DNA from: Fibrobacterota bacterium
GTDB lineage: Bacteria; Fibrobacterota; Fibrobacteria; UBA11236
Length of the DNA stretch: 58,368 nt
Direction of reading: 5' to 3'
NCBI GenBank assembly: GCA_043753995.1
Contig: JAYUVP010000043.1
Span: 1-58,368 of the forward strand
Positions 48,169 through 56,747 of this stretch are shown piece by piece. Below the pieces are notes generated by a model that searched no databases, was not told the DNA's origin, and saw only the letters and a list, made by a program, of their open reading frames with translations. How positions within the stretch are numbered: position 1 is the stretch's first letter; every line of letters begins with the position of its first letter. The translations under genes and the position numbers were made by a program.

Positions 48169-48650
48169 TGTACTATCCATTTTGGATTTTCTTAGGAATT
48201 TTCGTGGTGGCTTGCACCTCGACGTCTACCGAATTCCACAAATTGCAGATCCACGATAGTGATATGGTCCACGGAGAGAGCGAACCCCATGTGATCATGC
48301 GCGAATCCTATGTCGTCTCGAATATTCCGACCGAAATGGATTCACTTGTCCATCAATCCTTAGTGCTCGCGAAATCAAAATCGTGGAGTTCCCCGACCAC
48401 AACCTTCTGGTTCTACTTCGATTTCTACAGGGAAACCTCCTTTACACCTCGAAATTTCGTGGAGACCAGTGATCGAGCCGAGAAGATCCGATTCCATGGC
48501 TCCGATTATCTGCTTGGAATCGTCCATGGTCGTTCCAAACTTCGCGACTGCTGGTTCGTCCATGTCAGGGGACGCGAAGGCCAGTCTCCCCTCGACACCT
48601 GCGTTGACCTAGCATCACCGTCTCGCGATTCCGCGCGGGTAGCACCTTGA
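48168..48650 (+). CDS. Lipoprotein, putative cognate immunity protein
   Basis: TGATG stop/start overlap with the toxin; lipobox VVAC. Confidence 0.75.
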   Translation: MYYPFWIFLGIFVVACTSTSTEFHKLQIHDSDMVHGESEPHVIMRESYVVSNIPTEMDSLVHQSLVLAKSKSWSSPTTTFWFYFDFYRETSFTPRNFVETSDRAEKIRFHGSDYLLGIVHGRSKLRDCWFVHVRGREGQSPLDTCVDLASPSRDSARVAP

Positions 48651-48778
48651 ATTCGTTTTGCCTTTTCTTTGGCGCCATCGGGGGCTTCCGCGCTTGGTTC
48701 ATTCTGCAGCATCTGAGGGGATATCTCCCTTTCTGGACCTTTATTGAAACAGAAGCCGATATTGAGGGCTCACTTTAA
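48647..48778 (+). pseudogene. Orphan fragment of the DUF3289-like toxin C-terminus
   Basis: FGAIGGFRAWFILQHLRGYLPFWTFIETEADIEGSL* matches the last 36 aa of 46798-48168 at 29/36 positions. Confidence 0.92.
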
Positions 48779-49251
48779 TGAGATGGCTGGTCCTGCTTGC
48801 CATTCTTGTCGTGGCGTCTCGCTCTAAGCAGCCGCTTGAGTTTCACAAACTTGATATTCCACCCGACAAGTTCGCTGAATCCGATCCGAAATCCCCGACG
48901 CTCCAAGAATTCTATGTGGTTTCCCATCCGCCTCAGTCGATGGATACCCTGGCGCGCATGGCAATTTCCTTCTGCCGAAAACTGGAACCTTCGCGTCCAG
49001 AGAGCACGTTCTGGATAGGCCGGGCCTTTCTGAAAGTAACGCGCCGGACTCCGCGTGACTTCGTAGAGAAGGAAGAGGACGGAGGCTCAATCCAGACTCA
49101 TGGGGACGACTGGATCTTAGACATCACGCACGGCAGGACGATAGTTCGTGACTGTTGGTTCGTAAATATCAAAGGACGCGAAGGCCCATCCCCCCTTGAC
49201 ACCTGCATCGACCTGACGACGCCCACCGACATCGCTCCGGAGAAGCCATGA
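48778..49251 (+). CDS. Paralogous (orphan) immunity candidate
   Basis: Shares EFHKL, YVVS, TPR.FVE, HG.D, RDCWFV..GREG.SPLDTC.DL with 48168-48650; TAATG overlap with the fragment. Confidence 0.8.
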   Translation: MRWLVLLAILVVASRSKQPLEFHKLDIPPDKFAESDPKSPTLQEFYVVSHPPQSMDTLARMAISFCRKLEPSRPESTFWIGRAFLKVTRRTPRDFVEKEEDGGSIQTHGDDWILDITHGRTIVRDCWFVNIKGREGPSPLDTCIDLTTPTDIAPEKP

Positions 49252-50273
49252 GCAATTACTGGGAAGACGCTTCGCTGAACCTGCACTTCACCTCCAAGGA
49301 CGATTGCAGCCTGGACACCACGGCCGCAGCCAAGTACAAGGTGAAAGCCAATGTGCCGGAAACCTTCGTCACCGACATGCAAAAGGACCTGATCGTCTTG
49401 GGCTACCTGGCCGACAAGGACGGCAATAAGGACGGCTACTTCGGGGGCGGCACCAAGCGTGCGGTGGGACGTTTTCAGCGCCATGCCTTGCGCGCCTTCC
49501 GGATGCTGGCCGACAAGACCCGCGTGGATCTCGCCGCCGCCGACCTTTGGAAAGGCACCGAGACAGGCGCGGTGGACCCAAGCACAGCCAAAGAAATCCG
49601 CCGCTGGATAGACAAGAAATGGACTATCCCCGTGGGCGTGGTGAAGCTCGTGGCTGTGGCCCAAGGCGGGAAAATGCGCGAGGACGCCCAAAAGGCTTGG
49701 GAGGCCATAGTCAAGAGCGTGACCGATGCTGGCGGGACGCTGGAAGGCCCTTATGGCGACACCCTGCGAGGACTGGCCAAGACATCCAAGTCTGGGACCA
49801 GTTCCTATAGCTTCCACTACTGCGGACGCGCCGTGGACATCAATCAAGCCTTTTACGGGAAGCGCTATTTCGCTAAGAAGGATGTGGTGGGAACGGACAC
49901 ATTCTGGAACCTGTACTGCAAGACCGACAAGCAGGACGGAACCCAGGGGACCGAGCACAAAAAAGGCGCGTTCAAATATTTCGTGTTCTGGAACGAGACG
50001 GATGCCGACCTCCCCGCCGGCCACTACATCGACCTGACCGCCATGATACAGGCCTCCGGCGATTTCTCCAGGATCAAAGCCCAATCGGGTTGGGATGATT
50101 CGGCGAAAGAAAAATCGGCGCGCTACAACAAAACCGAGTGGTGGCATTTCTACTTCGCCAAAGATGTGCAGAAGACTTTCCAGGACGAACTCGAATTGAT
50201 CGGATTCGGCGAGCAGGCGATTCGTGACAAGGGATGGGCCACGGATACGGAACTCGACAATGCCCCGGGCTGA
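49248..50273 (+). CDS. PG-binding domain + M15-type Zn peptidase (cell-wall hydrolase effector candidate); no signal peptide
   Basis: QKDLIVLGY...DGYFGGGTKRAVGRFQ; SFHYCGRAVD (SxHxxGxAxD); EWWH. Confidence 0.82.
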   Translation: MSNYWEDASLNLHFTSKDDCSLDTTAAAKYKVKANVPETFVTDMQKDLIVLGYLADKDGNKDGYFGGGTKRAVGRFQRHALRAFRMLADKTRVDLAAADLWKGTETGAVDPSTAKEIRRWIDKKWTIPVGVVKLVAVAQGGKMREDAQKAWEAIVKSVTDAGGTLEGPYGDTLRGLAKTSKSGTSSYSFHYCGRAVDINQAFYGKRYFAKKDVVGTDTFWNLYCKTDKQDGTQGTEHKKGAFKYFVFWNETDADLPAGHYIDLTAMIQASGDFSRIKAQSGWDDSAKEKSARYNKTEWWHFYFAKDVQKTFQDELELIGFGEQAIRDKGWATDTELDNAPG

Positions 50274-51273
50274 AACGATTTTCCGCGCCGCAACGGTGGC
50301 CTTCGCCCTTTTCGGCGCTTCATTCGCCGCCGATTCACTCCTGACTTTTCGCGGCCCGGCGAATCACCCTTTCCTGAATCTGGATGCGGCAGGACACCTG
50401 CGCCTGGGACTGGATGGCCTAGTCGATTCGGTCCGGCTCCGTGCCAAGCCTGTGGGCTCTTCCGTGCTGGCCTTCGCCTGCACCGGCGACACTTTGAAAG
50501 CTTTCCAAGGGATTCCAGAGGAAGGAAAAGATCCGGACTCGGTGAGCGTCGCCGGTCCCTGCGACTTCCAAGGGTTTACGGGCCGCTTGGCCCCTGCCAG
50601 TTTGTATGACTTCATGCTCTTCGGCGACAAAGCCACTCTTCCCTGGGTGCGACTGCGAGTTGGGGAGCGTTCGGTCTTCGCGCCCATTCCTTCCCTCCGC
50701 TTACGCCGCGTCGCGACGGATTCCATTCGCTTTCGAAATTCGATTGTGATCCGAGTACCGTTTCTTCTTCCATTACTCGGAGGTCCCCTGGATGCCGACT
50801 CCAAGGCGACCTGTTTTCGAGTGGTGGACGGGTCTCCCCGTCGTGAGGCCGCGAAGGCCGATTCAGTTGCGGGATGGAATTGGTCGGCAGTAGCCGATCT
50901 GGGAGGAAATCGCCTGCGTATTGATTCTCGAAACCTGCCGCATGGGCAAACGGCTTGGTATGCCGCGCTAGGACGCGCCCAGGCGGTGCTTGTCTTCGAA
51001 GACATCTACCGGCGAGAGCCCCGCAAGGTGGCAACTTTCCGCACGGCTTCAGGAAAGCGCTACATGACCTTGGAAATCTCCACCCTCTTTGGGCATGGCG
51101 TATGGACCGACCTCTGGACTGTGGGGCCGGATACAGCTTGGACAACCCGAATAGGGGCCGTCGATGGAGAATCGGGTGAGAATTGGCAAGGCACCTGGAA
51201 CCTCGACCGTAAGCACGGGACCATCACAGCACGAGTCCCGGGGAAGAAGCGCAGCTTGTTCCGGGCACCCTAG
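50260..51273 (+). CDS. Secreted hypothetical protein (candidate immunity for the peptidase)
   Basis: Sec signal MPRAETIFRAATVAFALFGASFA; 14-nt overlap with the upstream gene. Confidence 0.6.
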   Translation: MPRAETIFRAATVAFALFGASFAADSLLTFRGPANHPFLNLDAAGHLRLGLDGLVDSVRLRAKPVGSSVLAFACTGDTLKAFQGIPEEGKDPDSVSVAGPCDFQGFTGRLAPASLYDFMLFGDKATLPWVRLRVGERSVFAPIPSLRLRRVATDSIRFRNSIVIRVPFLLPLLGGPLDADSKATCFRVVDGSPRREAAKADSVAGWNWSAVADLGGNRLRIDSRNLPHGQTAWYAALGRAQAVLVFEDIYRREPRKVATFRTASGKRYMTLEISTLFGHGVWTDLWTVGPDTAWTTRIGAVDGESGENWQGTWNLDRKHGTITARVPGKKRSLFRAP

Positions 51274-51347
51274 ATGAAGATGCCAGTCCCGTCCTCCTAC
51301 AGTTGATACGGCGCATTGAGCGCGCCCCGCCCACTTTCAGGAAGCCT

Positions 51348-52082
51348 CTAAGGCAAAACCCCGCCGAGAATTTTGCGCTGCAAATCGTGATAGAAGCGGC
51401 AGCCCTTTTCGCCCATGTCTAAAAGTCCATTGAGCTGGGAACGCGAAAACACCGACTCTTCGCCCGTGCCTTGCAATTCGACGAAGTCGCCGCTATCGGT
51501 CATGACCACATTCAAATCGACGGCGGCATCGGCGTCTTCGACATAACACAAGTCGAGCAACGTTTCGCTTTCGACCATGCCTACGCTCACGGCGGCGAGA
51601 TAATGCTTGAGTATGGGCTTGGGAAAAACCGCCGCCGGGTGGCTGGCCTTGAGTTTTTGCAGGACGCGCGCCAAGGCGAGAAAGCCGCCCACTACGCTGG
51701 CCGTGCGCGTGCCACCATCGGCTTCAATCACATCGCAGTCAATCATGATTTGCCGCTCCCCGAGGGCTTGCATATCACAAACGCCGCGCAGGGCGCGACC
51801 AATGAGACGCTGAATTTCCTGGGTGCGGCCCGTGGCGCCATTGCGCTCGCGCTTCACGCGTTGGGGGCTGCTCTTGGGCAGCATATTGTATTCCGCCGTC
51901 ACCCAACCCGCGCCTTTGCCCTTCATCCAACGGGGGACTTCTTCATCAAGCGAAGCGCAGCAAAGCACGCGCGTGCGTCCGACTTCGAGGAAAAAAGAGG
52001 CATCCGCGCTTTTCACGAAATCTTCGGTGATTTTCACTTCGCGCATTTGATCGGCCGCACGGCCATCGATTCGACGTGTCAT
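51348..52082 (-). CDS. rph: Ribonuclease PH
   Basis: GWVTAEYNMLP, EIQRLIGR, ADGGTRTA, ELQGTGE. Confidence 0.97.
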   Translation of the reverse strand: MTRRIDGRAADQMREVKITEDFVKSADASFFLEVGRTRVLCCASLDEEVPRWMKGKGAGWVTAEYNMLPKSSPQRVKRERNGATGRTQEIQRLIGRALRGVCDMQALGERQIMIDCDVIEADGGTRTASVVGGFLALARVLQKLKASHPAAVFPKPILKHYLAAVSVGMVESETLLDLCYVEDADAAVDLNVVMTDSGDFVELQGTGEESVFSRSQLNGLLDMGEKGCRFYHDLQRKILGGVLP

Positions 52083-52091
52083 TGGTTTTCC

Positions 52092-53006
52092 TTATTTCCG
52101 CTTGGATGTCGCTGATTTTTTCGCCGCATGGGGCTCATGAGGCGATCGGTCGGAAGCCTCGGGCTTCGCGGCCACATAAGAACCGAGCACGCGCAATTCC
52201 CCGCCCATTTCCCGCAAATGATCGAGTGCCTTGCTCACGGGGCCAGTAGAGGCATCGCCATGGATGTCTAAATAAAAACGGTATTCGAAAGGCCGCAGCG
52301 GATTGGGCCGCGACTCGATTTTTCCGAGGTCGATGCCACGCAAGGCAAAAACGCCCAGCACTTTAAATAAGATGCCGACTTCATTGCGCGGAGGCATATA
52401 GGCAATGCTGGTCTTGGCTGTCATGCCGACGGGAATTTTGACCGGCTTTTTCGAGATGGCGAGAAAGCGCGTGAAATTCACTTCTTGATTGGCGATACGC
52501 CTATCCAAAATCTTGAGTCCATAAAGCTCGGCGGCGAATTCGCCTGCGATGGCGCCCACATGCCTAGCTTGCTCGGCTGAGTCGGTAATCAAGGACTTCG
52601 CGGCTCCCGCAGTATCGAACCACACCACGGGTTTTACGGCGCGCTTGCCATTGGCATGCTTGGCGAAAAAGGAACTGCATTGGGCCAAGGCCTGGGGATG
52701 CGAGCGCACCTCGGTCAAAGCCTCGCGTGTGGTTTCGGGATGGCATAGCAGGCAATGCCGCACCCGCAAATGCGTCTCGCCTACAATGGAGAGATTGTGC
52801 TGCACCAGCAAGTCATAATTCTGATGGATGCTGCCCGCGAGGCTATTCTCTATGGGCAAAACCCCGCGTTGGGCCTTGCCTGAAGCCACTGCGGCAAAGA
52901 CTTGATCGAAGGTCTCGCAGGGAAGCACCTTCGTTTTGGCGCCGAGTAATTGACGGCAAGCCAAATGACTATAAGCACCAGGAACACCTTGGAATGCGGC
53001 TAACAT
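52092..53006 (-). CDS. pheA: Prephenate dehydratase (monofunctional, with ACT domain)
   Basis: FQGVPGAYS, PIENS, SHPQALAQC, NFTRF, KIESRP. Confidence 0.93.
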   Translation of the reverse strand: MLAAFQGVPGAYSHLACRQLLGAKTKVLPCETFDQVFAAVASGKAQRGVLPIENSLAGSIHQNYDLLVQHNLSIVGETHLRVRHCLLCHPETTREALTEVRSHPQALAQCSSFFAKHANGKRAVKPVVWFDTAGAAKSLITDSAEQARHVGAIAGEFAAELYGLKILDRRIANQEVNFTRFLAISKKPVKIPVGMTAKTSIAYMPPRNEVGILFKVLGVFALRGIDLGKIESRPNPLRPFEYRFYLDIHGDASTGPVSKALDHLREMGGELRVLGSYVAAKPEASDRSPHEPHAAKKSATSKRK

Positions 53007-53031
53007 GGCGGGAAAAGGTAACCGCCCCGCT

Positions 53032-53622
53032 TCAGAATGAGTCGCCGGCCTTCGCAGTCAAAAACCGTCTCGCTCCGGCATAGTGGCTGCCGAAATAGGG
53101 CGCATCCAAGCGGGTATAGACCACGCCTTGGCCGCTTTGGCTATGGATGAACCAATTCTGCCCCATGTAAATGCCGCTATGATCGATAAAGAGCAAATTC
53201 TTGAACAAAACCACATCGCCGATTTCCAAATCGCTGCGGGAAACGCTTTCGCCCAGGCCCGCAATAGAAGCCGATTGATGCGGCAGGGCAATGCCCAAGG
53301 CTTCGGCATAAGCCTGGCGCACAAAGCCCGAGCAATCCATGCCCGATCGGCTTTGGCCACCATAGCGATAGCGTACGCCTAGATACGATTCCGCTACTTG
53401 CCTGAGGCGTTGAAGATTGTCGGAATGGGGTGCCTTGAGATTCTGCGGCGGCACTTCCATGGAGGCGATGCGGCCATCGGGCACCACATAACCGCCTGCA
53501 TTCCGTTTGTAAAAAGGCCTTGGCTGATTCACCGCACAGGCGATGAAACAACCGGCGAAGACGACCGTTAGCAGGCGAACAGCAAACCGAAAAAAAACGG
53601 TGATGCCCGGCCTTTTGCTCAG
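53032..53622 (-). CDS. NlpC/P60 (C40) lipoprotein peptidase; start likely CTG 53622 (ORF track: GTG 53532)
   Basis: YRYGG...DCSGFV, HSGIY, FIHS; in-frame upstream signal peptide with lipobox. Confidence 0.85.
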   Translation of the reverse strand: MSKRPGITVFFRFAVRLLTVVFAGCFIACAVNQPRPFYKRNAGGYVVPDGRIASMEVPPQNLKAPHSDNLQRLRQVAESYLGVRYRYGGQSRSGMDCSGFVRQAYAEALGIALPHQSASIAGLGESVSRSDLEIGDVVLFKNLLFIDHSGIYMGQNWFIHSQSGQGVVYTRLDAPYFGSHYAGARRFLTAKAGDSF

Positions 53623-55094
53623 AGTGCGAAAGCCTCAATATTGGCGGCCACGCCGAGCAAATCGGCCTCGGCGAAAGGTTTGCCTATCAATTGCAATCCA
53701 ACCGGCAAAATGCCGACCTTGCCGCAAGGCTGGGAAAGCGCTGGCAAACCGGCGAGATTGACCGCCACGGTGTAAATGTCCTGCAAATACATGGCCATCG
53801 GATCGGAAAAGACTTCGCCCACCTTAGGAGGCAAGGTCGGCATGGTGGGCATGACCACGACATCGCAGGATGCGAACGCCTTGGTGAAATCATTGGTGAT
53901 GAGGCGACGCACCTTTTGGGCCTTCATGTAATAAGCGTCATAGAAGCCGGAAGAAAGCACCCAGGTTCCCAGCAGAATTCGTTTTTTCACCTCGTAGCCG
54001 AAACCTTCGGAACGGCTTTGGGCATAGAGAGCGAATAAATCCTTGGGCGACGCCGTGCGATGCGTATAACGCACCCCGTCGAAGCGCGCCAAGTTGGCCG
54101 AAGCCTCCGCCGTGGCGATGACATAATAGGCCGCGATGGCATGCTTGAGATTGGGCAATTCCACGTCGACCAGAATGGCGCCTTCTTTTTCCAGTTGGCT
54201 TAAAGCCGAGCGCACCGTATCGCCGACTTCGCTTTGCAAGCCTTCGCCAAAAGCTTCTTTGGGAATGCCGAGGCGCTTGCCGCGCACGCCCGCTTGGGTG
54301 GCCTGTTTCACGCTCGCGGAAAAATCGCCGAGAGGCAAGGTCGAAGAGGTGCTGTCATGCGAGTCGGCTCCCGCAATCACTTGCAGGAGCGCAGCAGAGT
54401 CGGCGACGGTATGGGAAAAGGTGCCGATTTGATCGAGGGAGGAGGCATAGGCCACCAAGCCATAACGCGAAACGCGGCCATAGGTGGGCTTGAGTCCGAT
54501 GACGCCGCAGCAGGCGGCGGGTTGGCGAATCGAGCCGCCCGTATCCGACCCGAGGGAAACCGGCACGCTACCCGAGGCCACCGCCACGGCGGAGCCGCCG
54601 GAACTGCCGCCAGGAATGCGGGTACGATCGATGGGATTCAAGGCGCCGCCGAAGGCCGAGGTCTCGCAAGTCGAGCCCATGGCGAATTCGTCCAGATTGG
54701 TTTTGCCCACGGGAATGGCATCGGCGGCGAGCAGGCGCTCCACCACGGTGGCATGATAGGGCGAGCGGAAATTCTCCAGCATGCGCGAAGCGCAGGTGGT
54801 GCGGCCCGAGGCCACCACGATATTGTCCTTGAGGGCAATGGGCACGCCGGCCAAAGGCCCCAGGGCCTCGCCGCGCGCGCGCTTGGCATCGACGGCTTGG
54901 GCACGCTCGCGGGCATAGTCGTCCAGCACCGAGAGATAGGCCTTCAGGTCTTGGGTCTTGCCGATGGCGCCAAGCGCCTCTTCGGTGATGGCCAAGGCCG
55001 AACGCTCGCCTGCGCGCACCTGGGCGGCCAAGGCCAAGGCAGAGGAGGACGAGGCGGTCAGGGATGCGCTGGGGGATGCAGAAGATGGCGACAT
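53619..55094 (-). CDS. gatA: Asp/Glu-tRNA amidotransferase subunit A
   Basis: KDN, GKTNLDEFAMGS, GGSSGGS, GSDTGGSIRQP, RFDGVRY. Confidence 0.97.
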   Translation of the reverse strand: MSPSSASPSASLTASSSSALALAAQVRAGERSALAITEEALGAIGKTQDLKAYLSVLDDYARERAQAVDAKRARGEALGPLAGVPIALKDNIVVASGRTTCASRMLENFRSPYHATVVERLLAADAIPVGKTNLDEFAMGSTCETSAFGGALNPIDRTRIPGGSSGGSAVAVASGSVPVSLGSDTGGSIRQPAACCGVIGLKPTYGRVSRYGLVAYASSLDQIGTFSHTVADSAALLQVIAGADSHDSTSSTLPLGDFSASVKQATQAGVRGKRLGIPKEAFGEGLQSEVGDTVRSALSQLEKEGAILVDVELPNLKHAIAAYYVIATAEASANLARFDGVRYTHRTASPKDLFALYAQSRSEGFGYEVKKRILLGTWVLSSGFYDAYYMKAQKVRRLITNDFTKAFASCDVVVMPTMPTLPPKVGEVFSDPMAMYLQDIYTVAVNLAGLPALSQPCGKVGILPVGLQLIGKPFAEADLLGVAANIEAFAL

Positions 55095-55140
55095 GTCGGT
55101 GAGCTTCTCCGGGCCGAAAAATTCAAAAATAACCGCAGAA

Positions 55141-55449
55141 TTAACTCTTAGACCATTTCATCACATAAAGACTGGCCAGAAGGCCAAGCAGGCTGCAGGT
55201 ATTGAATTTGAAGCCTAAACCAAAGCGCACCTTGACCAAATACAGGTCCAGGGCCCAGCCATCGCGAAAGCCGAGGTCGAGCTCCCAGGCCTTGACGAAA
55301 AAATTGCGTATGGGATTGTCGATATTGCCGCCCGACAAGGTGCCGATTTGCCCAAGCACCAAGCCCAGCACCTCGCCCAATACGCCGCCGGCGATGAGGC
55401 CGACGAGGATGAAAATGATGAGGCGACCCAAATTATTGTTTTTGTTCAT
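55141..55449 (-). CDS. Small membrane protein (DUF4321-like)
   Basis: Two hydrophobic segments, LDLYLVKVRFG; 1-nt overlap with the upstream gene. Confidence 0.7.
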   Translation of the reverse strand: MNKNNNLGRLIIFILVGLIAGGVLGEVLGLVLGQIGTLSGGNIDNPIRNFFVKAWELDLGFRDGWALDLYLVKVRFGLGFKFNTCSLLGLLASLYVMKWSKS

Positions 55450-56747
55450 CAGTAAACCTTGCCTTTGCGGCGAGCCTCGGTGAGAGTCATGCTCGTGCCG
55501 TATGATTTTCCATCGCGATAATAGGTGATGTCCACCGATTCGCCGACTTGAAAGAGTTTGAATATGTCTTGAATGTCACGGAAGTTCAGAATATCCCTGC
55601 CTGCCACTCGGATAATGATGTCGCCGGCCTTGATGCCGGCTTTGTCGGCGGGACTTTCCTTTTCGACCTGGGCCACCCACATGCCCGGCACCGGGATTTC
55701 GGCATAGGGATCGGTATAAAGCCCCGTGGTGAATTGGCGTATATAGCCGTAGCGAATCAATTCGTCCATCACCAATTTGGCCTTTTGGATAGGCAAGGCA
55801 AAGCCCAGCCCAATAGAGCCTTGGGCTTGACCGCCCCCGGTGAAAATGAAGGTATTGATGCCGATGACCTGGCCTTCGGCATTCACCAAGGCACCGCCCG
55901 AATTGCCCGGATTGATGCTCGCATCGGTCTGTATCATATTGTGCTGATGGATGCCACTTTGGCTGGAAAAGGTGCGGCCCACCGCACTGATGACGCCCAC
56001 GGTCACCGTGGGCTTGCTATCGCCGATGAGATAGCCGTAGGGGTTGCCTATGGCCACCACCCATTCGCCGATAAGGTTTTCGGCCTTGTCCTGCATTTTC
56101 GCCACGGGCAAATCCTTGCCCTCGATGCGCAGCACCGCTAGGTCAATGTCTTTGTCCAGACCCACGAGCTTGGCGGAAAATTTGCGGCCATCCGGCAAGG
56201 TGATTTGCAGCATTTCCAAGGTGCCGCCTTCGCCCTCTTCCCCGCCGCCCACCACATGGGCATTGGTGAGAATAAAGCCTTTGTCGGAAACGATGACGCC
56301 CGAGCCTAGGCTACTGAATTCACGCTTGCGCAATTCGGGAGCGAAAAACTCGAAGAAGGGATCATTGAGATAAGGATTGCGATAGGCCACCACCTGGCTG
56401 CGTTTCACCGTGATGGAAACCACCGAGGGCGAAGCCTTCTCCGCGGCCACCACAATGGCATTGCGTCTGCTTTGGTAAAGACCGTCATTCGCTTCGGCCT
56501 TGTCCCCCGCCGAAGCGGCCAGTCCGGTAGTCCCCTGCGCGTTACCCCCGGGAGCGGGAGAGCCTGATTTTGAAGCTTCGCTTTCGGCCCCATATCCGGC
56601 CGCGACCTTGGCACCAAGGCCGAAAGTCATGTCGCGATGGCTTAAATAGCGTTCCAGAAATAAACCCAGCACGCCACCGACGAGCAGTAATAAGAAGGGT
56701 TTCATGCCGGCGGTCTTAACTCGCGGCATGGCATAGGCCTGCATCAT
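55449..56747 (-). CDS. HtrA/DegS-type trypsin-like protease with one PDZ domain
   Basis: GSGVI, TNAHV, DLAVL, IQTDASINPGNSGG, C-terminal PDZ. Confidence 0.95.
   Translation of the reverse strand: MMQAYAMPRVKTAGMKPFLLLLVGGVLGLFLERYLSHRDMTFGLGAKVAAGYGAESEASKSGSPAPGGNAQGTTGLAASAGDKAEANDGLYQSRRNAIVVAAEKASPSVVSITVKRSQVVAYRNPYLNDPFFEFFAPELRKREFSSLGSGVIVSDKGFILTNAHVVGGGEEGEGGTLEMLQITLPDGRKFSAKLVGLDKDIDLAVLRIEGKDLPVAKMQDKAENLIGEWVVAIGNPYGYLIGDSKPTVTVGVISAVGRTFSSQSGIHQHNMIQTDASINPGNSGGALVNAEGQVIGINTFIFTGGGQAQGSIGLGFALPIQKAKLVMDELIRYGYIRQFTTGLYTDPYAEIPVPGMWVAQVEKESPADKAGIKAGDIIIRVAGRDILNFRDIQDIFKLFQVGESVDITYYRDGKSYGTSMTLTEARRKGKVY

Noticed and set aside
49098..50147. 349-aa ORF on the - strand
   Set aside because: Antisense shadow of the M15 peptidase gene; no motifs
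45060..51273. Prophage or lysis-cassette interpretation
   Set aside because: No integrase, structural, holin or spanin genes and no att repeats seen; toxin stub + immunity duplication fits a toxin locus better
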